Origin: an uncultured bacterium
Lineage (GTDB): Bacteria > Verrucomicrobiota > Verrucomicrobiia > Limisphaerales > UBA8199
Assembly (NCBI GenBank): GCA_963749495.1
Contig: CAVVMW010000023.1
Coordinates: forward strand, 576,001-640,000
Direction of reading: 5' to 3'
DNA: 64,000 nt
Position 1 is the stretch's first letter. The number at the start of each line of letters is the position of its first letter. The notes below the pieces were generated by a model that searched no databases, had not been told where the DNA came from, and saw only the letters and a list, made by a program, of their open reading frames with translations. A program made the position numbers and the translations under genes. Below are positions 57,001 to 64,000 of this stretch, one piece after another.

Positions 57001-57488
57001 TGCTGATAGACATGGAAGGAAACGTGCAATGCCTTCTGGACGTCGCCCGCGGCGCCTTCAACGTCCAGGATGACGCGATTGGGCGAGGTGGCGGTGACCC
57101 TGAGGCCGCTGGCGTTGGCGAAGTTGACGACGGCTTGATAGTCCTGCTGGCTGGGGCCGAACAACTCGGCGAATTGCTGCGGGGTCAGATAGTGGCGGTA
57201 ACTGGGGCTGGCCGGGTCGTAGAGGTCCTGCAGCAAGGCGGTCAGTTGGGCCTGGTTGCGCAAGGGCAGGCCGATGGCCAAGTGCAAGCGCTCGGAGGCG
57301 GGGAGGCGGTTCATCGCCTGGAGGCTCAGGGCGGCAGCGGGCACATGGCCTCGAACGACCTGTCTTTCGACGGCCATGGCGGGGAGGGCGACCGCAAAGC
57401 CGCAGAGCGCCGCCAGGCAGGCGCGCCGCAAGGCGAGCCCCTGCCCAAGGCAACCAGGCGTCGAGGGTTTAGGATTGGATGGCTTCAT
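51090..57488 (-). CDS. Giant secreted S53 (sedolisin) protease with prodomain, P-domain-like and DUF11 repeats; two compensating frameshifts near 56858 and 56477
   Basis: Signal peptide, YLTPQQFAELFGP prodomain, GEVCLDIE (in frame 56380..56856), ASGD, GGTSAASP, GYDLCTGWGTPN; ADL..NxGP..DxxPxNN repeats; QASSDLSSW..FYRA tail. Confidence 0.9.
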   Translation of the reverse strand: MKPSNPKPSTPGCLGQGLALRRACLAALCGFAVALPAMAVERQVVRGHVPAAALSLQAMNRLPASERLHLAIGLPLRNQAQLTALLQDLYDPASPSYRHYLTPQQFAELFGPSQQDYQAVVNFANASGLRVTATSPNRVILDVEGAAGDVQKALHVSFHVYQHPTEFRTFYAPDAEPSLDLSVPILHIKGLNNFFLPKPRIKRLPPGAAPIWARGSVRALAAPTWATTSVPPIFQAPPSPEPTRPWASSSLTATSPVTLRHTKPRPACRVSPCRTCCWTGSMACRVSATGRSASTSRCASRWRRGSRKSLSMKLLTATPTPTLTYSIKWPLTTRPARLSSSWGIPDNPISDQIYLQFIAQGQSFFQASGDGDSFYIGTPDYSDNPYITLVGGTTLSTTGPGGAYVSETVWNWGGGEGSGGGISTNYAIPSWQQGINMTTNAGSTTMRNVPDVALTADNIWIISDNGVGSMVGGTSAASPLWAAFTALVNEQALVNGDKPVGFLNPALYAIGSSRTYYPIALRDVTTGNNTNLVNTNLFYACPGYDLCTGWGTPNGTNLVNILAPAYGTVPLLRYLTNYISGGNGNGIIQTNECDNLSIVLTNFGNVAATGVRATLATATPGVIVVQPTASYGVMLTNTAATNQVPLRISTAPTFPCGTPIDFTLTINSDQALSPVTFRFRITSGVPAIPLRYDNFSVIPIPDVGQIDSPIVISNFPSAVTKAVVSLFITHQYDADLRLELIGPDGTTTTLSANNGGSGQNYGLGLSDAARTTFDDDASLAITTGFAPFVGTFRPQQPLAFFIGKAGTNVNGTWKLRVIDQYLYGVGTLQCWSLFLTPATCLNGGGECPGADMAVAMTAVPDPVILGDLLTYTIYATNNGPSSVKNAAITLQLPSGVQFVDASTAQGSWSVGNGVVTFALGPMAGRSNPARMTVVCQAIAAGDFTSTATVSADQPDFNPANNTLTLLTRVRPPTADLAVSLSAFPSAPLVGGTLTYTVTAVNNGPSLATGVGVTNVLPNNSALISFAVSQGAAAVNGDQVFWSIGTLTNSASATATIAVTILSEGVALDSASIFGNQYDPVISNNTSNLQTIVGPAADLSVSVIPSANPVVLGSSLTYLIIVSNAGPSAASSVLLTHSMDASLELISVTNSQGTVALTGNNIVASLGSLAAGGSAQVGVQVIATIQGPARATTSVVGAQADPDPSNNSVTTVVRVAPPFISFVPAGAVLLGESFSPPDGAIDNGETVTVGLRVRNAGNVSNTNLQATLLAVDGITPVAPNGPQDYGILFPDGSFVEQPFSFIATGAPGATVTAVLQLQDGDDVLTNVVSFNFTLPTIVSFTNTDAIAILDFGGSPYPSTITVSGMTGTLSKVTATLQGFSHTYPRDVDALLAAPTGANTLLMSHAGNQPALNLNLTFDDAAPSAMPRFGSLISGPYRPTEYTPAPAFSNPAPAGPYAAVLSSLNGINPNGVWSLYVMDDQLGDTGGISNGWSLTLTTVMPVNPLADLALIALAPPSPAAVSDTLAYLFILTNGGPSDASDVVFTNALPPNASFLSASCSQGTIGFNGDSIIGNLGVITAGSTATVSVAFAPNPAAGFLTNTASVGSPEIDLNPANNVAVSVTQLVLPQADLVVSQDFAPNPAVVGYPLTNTVATTNNGPGVAIEVSLTDLLPTNALFLSATATAGSWTTNNGVLTAALGNLAPNAGASLALVMVPLAAVPLSSGLSTNVPLTSVPVVATVSFDPDLSNNSVTNALTVNNPAPLLLSAGALLVAGSGPGIAPGQMVTVSLVLTNAGTADTAPNLTATLLDSGGVIPATNAQSVYGTIVHGGASVVRPFTFTATSLGSAPFTNGGSITATLLLREVRSYDDAVQATNFYTNSFVFILPDRSTWASPDSIHIPYASPASPYPSTLTVSNLTGVVSKVTVNFFGLSHTFPSEINALLVSPAGNSALFMSHAGSHFSITNITLFFDDAGAAPLPADSAILDGTTYQPTAYNAPSSLPLPAPPGPYASPLAGLNGSDPNGTWSLYILADQVGDSGFLNGWGLSLTTVSPLNVPTVVTAAPSLSIQPSANGQYLLSVAGAPGKTYVIQASSDLSSWTAVSTNTAAAGAPIALPINVQSASQAFYRAVVVP

Positions 57489-57560
57489 AATCAAACAGTC
57501 ACGAGTTGGCGGCCAGGAAACGGAATCGGTCGGTGAAGGGGCAAAGTGAGTCTCCGGCGG

Positions 57561-57708
57561 ACCCCTCACCCCAGCCCTCTCCCCTTCCGAAGGGGAGAGG
57601 GAGAATTCTCGGTGGCGGATTGAGGAATTGGACACGCCTCAAACGTCGAGAGACTGCCGAAGCCTCTCCCTCTCCCCTTCCGAAGGGGAGAGGGGCGGGG
57701 TGAGGGGT
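57561..57708. repeat. REP-like double hairpin (CCCTCTCCCC...GGGGAGAGGG family)
   Basis: Same family as 44449-44594. Confidence 0.88.
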
Positions 57709-57764
57709 CGGCCCCAAAGGCGTGCTGGCCTTCATGGAGGCCTTGCCAGGAAACGGGGACCGGG

Positions 57765-60700
57765 TCATGGCGTCGTGCGGCTCAAGCGGAAGAAGAGGCT
57801 GCCGCTGCCGATTGAATTGGTGAAGCTGTACTGCCCGTTGACCAGGGACGGGGCGGGATTGGTCACCGTGGTCCACTGGATGGGCGGGATCAGGCTGGGC
57901 GTGGTCTGGACTTGGACGGCGCCCTGGGCAGCGGGCCAGGTCAGGACCAGGGTCTGGGGCGCCGGGATGAGCAGGGTGACCGCGAGCGGGGCCGTGACGA
58001 CCGTCTTGACGGCGCCGTCGGCGCTGCTCTTGAATGGATCGACGACCTCCGAGTAGCAGGTCGCGAAGGTGAGATTGGTGGCGGGCCCAACGGTAGGCCG
58101 GGCGACGACGGAAGCCGAGGCGATGCTGTTGCTGCCGAAGGGGCCGAAATTGGTGAAGGTGACGATGTTGTTGACCGCGTCCAGGGTCCAACTGGCGGGC
58201 GAGGCGGAGACGAAGCTGGCGTTGGGGTCGAGGTAGAAGAGGATAGTCAGGCCCGGGGCGCTGGCGGGGCCGAGGTTGGTGACCGTGGCCGTGAGCGCAT
58301 AAGTGCCGCCCAGCACGACCGCGTTGGGCCCGCTGACCAAGTCCAGGGCCAGCTCGGCAGTGGGGGCGACGACATTGGCGCTGGCGCTGGCAGTGTTGTC
58401 CGAGGGGTTGAGGTCGAGAACCATGTTGGTGACCGTGGCCGAATTGACCGCGGTGCCGACCAGCGTCGGCTGCACGGATAGGGTCATCGAGGCCTGGGCG
58501 CCTTTGAGCAGGTCGCCGACGGTCCAGGTGAGCGACCCGTCGGCATTGGTCGAGACCGCGCCCTGGGACACGCTCGACGAGAGGTAAGTCGCGCCGGCCG
58601 GGAGGACGTCGCTCACGACCACGTTGCTGGCCATGGCCGGGCCGAAGTCGGACACGGTCAGGACGAAGACGAGGTTGCTGTTCCGGATGACACTCTGGGT
58701 AAGCGGGTCAACCAGGGCGGACATGGCCAGGCCGACGTCCGCCGAGGGCTGGACGGTGGTGGCGGTGATGACGTTGAGGAACCAGCCATTGGAGATGATG
58801 CCGTCGTTGAACGAGGTATCATCCAGGACATAGAGGTCCCAGGTGCCGTTGGGTTTGATGCCGTTGAAGACAGCGAGGTTGGTCGCGTAGGGGTTGCCGG
58901 CCGTCGAGGGCGGGGCCGGCAGCGGGAAGGGCGGGGGCGCCAGCGGATAGGCGGTGGGGTGATAGGTGCCTGAGGTGATGAGCGAGGCGATGGGCAGGTA
59001 GTTGGTTGACCGCGTCGTCGAACAGGAGGGTGGCGTTGCTCACCGTGAAGCTGCTGCCGCACTTGGACATGAGATAGGACATCTGGCCCGCGGGCGAGAC
59101 CAGGAGAATATCAATGTCGTGCGGCCAGGAGTGATTGAGGTTAGTGATCATGACGGTGGCCTTGCCCAGGAAGTCGCCAATGCCGCTGACCTCGATGGGC
59201 AACGGGTACGGCGAGGCGGCCGCGTCGTCGTTGATGATGATGGGCGCGGTGTTCGAGTAGATGGCCGTCCGGAAACCGATGACGAAATCAAAGACCAGCG
59301 TATTGAGCGGGCGCAAGCCGTCCTGGAGCTGGAAGGTCGGTGAGACGACCTGGCCGTTGGTGCCCGCCGCCGTGAAGGTGAAGAGGCGGGAGACCGAAGG
59401 TCCCTGGACGGGCATCGGCCCATAGGTCTGGGCGGGGCTGGGGTTGGCGACCCCGTTGGTGGCGAGCAAAGTGGCGATAAGGTTGGTGACATCGAAGCCG
59501 GCGCCGTTGCGGAAAGCAAAGAGCATCGTGATGGTTTCGCCCGGCTCGATGGAGCGAGCCACGTTGGTCTCCAGGCAGGTCAGGTCCAGGACCCAACCGC
59601 TGTCAAGCGACCCGGAGTAGGGCGGCGCATTGGCCTGGACATAGAACGACCAGTTGCCGGCGGGTTGGCTGTCGTCAAAGGAGGCCAGGCTGGTCCCGTA
59701 GGCCCCGGAACCGGCGCCCGGGAACGCCGGGGCGGCGCCGTAGGCGCTCGGGGCATAAACGCCGTTGGTAATGGGCGCGTTGGCGGGCAGCGCGTTGGTG
59801 GCAAAATCATCGAAGGTGATGGCGGCGCCGCTCAAGGCGCCGGCGCCGCCGGCGTTGGCCATCAGGAGGGTGTTGGTGCCCGAGGGCCCGGCCAGCAATG
59901 CCGCCAGGTTCTGGGCGGCCGGGATCGAGGCGCTGGGCAGGCGCACGGCGACCTTCTCGACCTGGCTCAGGAGGTTGCTGACGGCGATGAGCAACGGGTA
60001 GGCCGAACCGTGCCCGGTGGCCGTGGCCAGACTGATCGGGGCGGCGTTGGTGAAGGAGCTTGTGAACGTGAGCGCCATGCCGGCGGGCACGATCTCGCTG
60101 CCGTCGGCCTCCAGGATGGTCAACGTCGCCGTGCTGTTGTTGGTCTGCAGGACCGGAAAGCCGATCGGGCCGGTGACGAGCCTGGGGTTGGAGAGGTTGA
60201 TCTGGACGGTATGATCGCCATCGACCCGGGTGTCGTCTATGACCAGGACGGAGAAGGTGGTGCGAGTCTGGCCGTTGGAGAAGAGGAGCGTGCCGTTGGT
60301 GGGCACGTAATTGATATAGGGGATGGCGGAGTCGCTGTTGGTGCCGGAGGCCGTGGCGAAGTCCACGCTGACCGTGCAGTTGGTGTAGCCGGCGCGCAGA
60401 ACGTCAACGGCGGCTGCGAAGCCGGTCTCCTTGACCTGGTAAGCGGCGCTGGAGAAGCTCAGGCCGGAGATGTCGTCAGTGATGGTGACCGCGGCGCGGG
60501 TGGGCGGGAGCAACTGGGTGCCGCCGACGGTGTTCACGTTGGTCGAGAGGAGCACATCGAAGATGACGTCGCCCTCGAGCAGGGCGTTGTTGATGATCGG
60601 CACGGCGAAGGATTGGAGGGCGATGCCATTGCTGAAGGTGAGAATGCCGTTGGTGGAGACATAATCGACGTTGGCCCGGGCGGTGCGGTCGGCCGTGGCC

Positions 60701-63700
60701 CAGTTGACGGTGATCAGGCCGGTGATGGCGTTCGAACGGTTCACAGAGATGATGACGTTGGTGCCGCTCTTGAGCACGCCGAAGGCCGTGTTGGTGAAGC
60801 TGACACCGGAATCGGCATCGAGGATGTTGACCAGGGTCGAGGCATAGGGATAGAGGGCGGCAGGCGCCGAGGGGTGCGAGAAGTTCACATAGAAGACGAG
60901 GCTGCCGGTGACCCGCGGGTCGTGCATGAGCGGGATGGCCAGCGACTTGGTGGCCTCGCCCTCGGCGAAGCTCAGCGTGCCGCTTTGGGCCCGGTAATTG
61001 ACGCCGTTCACGGCCGTGCCGTCGGCCGTGGCATATTGCACCGTCGTGACGCCGTTGGTGAGGATGCGGTCAACGGACAAAACGACCGCAGGGGCAAGCT
61101 CGTTGGTGACGATGACCGCGTCATGGGGCCCGACGCCCTGATCGGCATCGAGGATGATGATTGAGGCGGAGGCGGGGGCCAGGATTGCGGTGCCGCGCGA
61201 GGGATTGGAGAGCACGACCGAGAGGGTGAGATTGCCCCGCACCTGGTGGTCCTGCAGGATCGAGACGTAGAGCGTCTTGGTCACCTCGCCATCGGCGAAG
61301 GCCAGGACGCCGTTGGTGGGGATGAAATTGACGCCCGGCACCGCGCTGGCGGCGTTGGTCGGGGCGAAGGTGGCGAAATTCACCGAGACCGGCCCGGTGT
61401 GGCCGTTGGTGCGCAAGACGGTCAAGGCCACAAACCCATCCAATTCGCTGACCACGTAATTGGTTTGGGCCAAAACGAACTGGCCGGGGCTGGTGTTGGT
61501 GCTCAGGATCGTGAGGAAGGCCGCCGAGGGATTGAACAGCAGCGTGCCCGAGGCGTTGGTCAGACCGATGTCGACGATAGTGTCGCTGAGCATCGTCGGG
61601 CTGTTGAGAATGGGCACAAAGGCCGTCAGGTTGGACATGCCGACCGGGAAGGAGACGGTGTTGGAAACGGACTGGTAGTCGAAATTGAGGCGGGCGGTGC
61701 CGTTGGTGATCGAGAAGAAATCGACCGTGGCCGGGAACCGGGTGCTGCCCTGGCGGAAGAGGATGACGGGGGCCCGCCCGGTGGGGATGTCCTGCCTCAC
61801 CGAGTAGTTGGTCGAGGTGAAACTGACGGAGCTGTCATCGTTCAGGATATCGAGCGTCGCCACATATTGGTCGCCCAGGGCCGCCCCGCCCTGCGGATTG
61901 CTCAAGGCGAGATTGGCCGTCAGGTCCGGAGTAATCTGATAGTCCTGCATGACCGGCACCCGGACCGACTGAAAGGTCTCGCCGGCGGGGAAGGTGAGAG
62001 TCGTCGCAACGTTCGAGTAGTTCACGCCGTTGCGGGCGGTATTGTCGGCGGTCGCGAAGTCGATCGAGACGCTCCCGTCGGTGCCGCCGCTGCGGCGGAC
62101 GGTGATGAGGGCGTTGGTGGAGTTCTCGTCGGCCCGGAAGACGGGGCTGGCGAAGGTCAGGGCGCCGGCGCCGACCATGCTGCCGCCAAAAACGCGGGCA
62201 ATGTGCCCGCGGGGCTGCTGGTCGAACGAGGTGAAGCCGCCCCCCACCACGAACATGCCGTTGGCGCCCAGATCGATGGTGTTGATGAAGCTGTCGGCGC
62301 CATAGCCGAAGTTGATGGAGGGGTCGGCGGTGCCGTCGGGCATCAGGCGGGTGATGTGGCCGCGGCTGACGCCGTTGACATGGGTGAACGCACCGACCAG
62401 GACGATGCGGTTGTCAGGCTGGATGAGGATGGCATCGACCGTATCGTCGGCGCCCGGGCCGAGGTTGGCCGCGAAGGCGGAGTCCAGGACGCCATCCGCG
62501 TTGAGCCGGGCAATGTGGTTGAGAGCCAGACCATTGAAACTGGTGAAGGAGCCGCCGACGAGGATGGAGCCGTCGAGCTGGATGGCCAGGGCCCGGACGG
62601 GGTTGGTGGCGCCCAGGCCAGGGTTGAAGGTCAGGTCGAGCGTGCCGTCGGCGTTGAGCCGGGCCACGCCGTTGTAGCCGGCATTGTTCACGGAGGTGAA
62701 GTCGCCGCCGATGAGGATTTGGCCGGCGTGCAGGGTGTTGGTGGGATAGACCGCGATGGCGTAAACGATGGCGCCGGGGCTGAGGACGGGCACGAAAGTC
62801 AAGTCGACCGTGCCGTCGTCGTTCATGCGCGCCATCCCGCTGAGTGTGGTCCCGTTCAAATGAGTGAAATCGCCGCCCACCAGCAGCGAGCGGGCGGAGC
62901 CTCCGGGCGGGAAGCTCTCTGCCAGCGCGTACACGCTGCCATCCGCCCCGGACCCGGGACTGAAGAGGCTGTTGACCGAGCCGTCGGGCAGCACGCGCGC
63001 AATATGGTAGCGATTGACGCCGTTGATGGCGGTGAACGCGCCGCCCAGGACGATCCGGCCATCGTTTTGGAGGAGGAGCGTGTTCACGCCGGCATTGGCG
63101 CCGGACATGTTGTCCAGGAAGCTCGAGTCGAGGGTGGAGTCCGCGTTAAGGCGGGCAATCCGGTTGCGGCCCGCGCCTCCGACTGAGGTGAAGGCGCCGG
63201 CGGCGAGGATCCCGCCGTTGGTCTGGACGGCCACCGAGAGCACGTCGCCATTGAAGCCGGGGTTGGCGGGGAAGTTCGGGTCCGGTGTTCCCGGCGGGGC
63301 GTTGATGGCCTCGGCGTCCAGGATTCGGACCACGGCGGTCGCCGGGAATCCCAGCACCGCGCCGGGTGGAGTCGGGTTGGTGAGGCTCACGGTGAAGAAG
63401 AAGTTGGGCGGATCGACGATATGATCGTCATTGACGGGGACGGCGAAGCTGGCGCTGACCTGGCCGGGGGCGAAGGTCAGGGTGCCGTTGGTGGCGGCGA
63501 AATTGCGGAAGAACTCGGGGCCGGTCGAGACCGCCGTGCCATCGGCGGTCGCGAAGTTCACTGTGAGCGTCTGGTCGGCGCCGGCGGCGCGGATGACACT
63601 GATGGTGGCGTAGCCGCCGTTTTCGTTGGCGTAGTAATTGGGGGCGCTGAACTGGAGATTGCCGTAGCGATCGTCGTCCACAATGGTGACGGTGGCGACG

Positions 63701-64000
63701 GTGCGGGAGCCCTGCAGCATGGTTGGGGAGTTGGTGCCGTAGGCCACTGGATTGGACAAGCGGACCTGGAAGGTCGTATCGGGTCCCACCAGGTTGTCAT
63801 GGATCAAGGGGACCACGACATAGCGCGGTGAGGAATCACCGTTGTCCCAGAAGAGGTTGGTCGAAGTGCTGGTGTAGTTGACGCCGGGCTGGGCGGTGCC
63901 GTTGTTGGTAGTGGTGCACAGGACGGAGATGGCGCCCTTGCTCCCGCCGGTGCGGACGAGGGTCAGGACCGCGGCCCCTGAGCTCTCGTTGGTGGTGTAG
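57765..64000 (-). CDS. Giant secreted Calx-beta / delta-60 beta-propeller / P-domain-like / DUF11 protein; 5' end outside window, frameshift near 59007
   Basis: FATADGTA..Y....GTLTF..G Calx-beta units; QxDG.I.VGG.F..IARLNADG.LD delta-60 units; one extra A joins ORF 58819..63816 to 57765..58724. Confidence 0.9.

Noticed and set aside
57489..57635. N-terminal extension of the S53 protein
   Set aside because: Translated REP-like repeat; the signal peptide follows ATG 57488

Overview
GC-rich bacterial window whose gene content points to Verrucomicrobiota (Pedosphaera/Limisphaerales-like; inferred from four prepilin-type H-X9-DG proteins, an FATTRW-type ECF sigma with a Ser/Thr kinase, and secreted proteins ending in an S-x-(D/N)-L-x-x-W...F(Y/F)R domain). 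Layout: (1) 1-4.5 kb, the end of a DUF885 gene, then a toxin-antitoxin cluster containing a tRNA-Arg 3' fragment (att-like). (2) 5-16 kb, secreted proteins, a pilin-like gene, a LamG-C25 peptidase, a Ski2-like helicase and a PQQ beta-propeller. (3) 16-38 kb, a decaying defence island: type I R-M with an unknown gene plus PIN toxin between hsdS and hsdM, IS1380-, ISAs1(DUF4338)- and ISL3-family elements with mappable ends, a truncated MTase-Mrr fusion, a TIR-like gene and many gene stumps (vapC, ribH, type IIG, EEP, GxxExxY). (4) 38-51 kb, three pilin-like genes, an intact TIR-flanked Y1/HUH transposase, and an ECF sigma/kinase module with three copies of a TGTAAC-N15-(Y)(K)TCA promoter-like motif. 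(5) 51-64 kb, two giant secreted multidomain genes (S53 protease; Calx-beta/delta-60). Many families of palindromic repeats with 7-, 9- and 12-bp periodicity occur between and sometimes inside genes. Several single-base frameshifts may be sequencing errors. All family calls come from motif recognition by eye; no searches were run.
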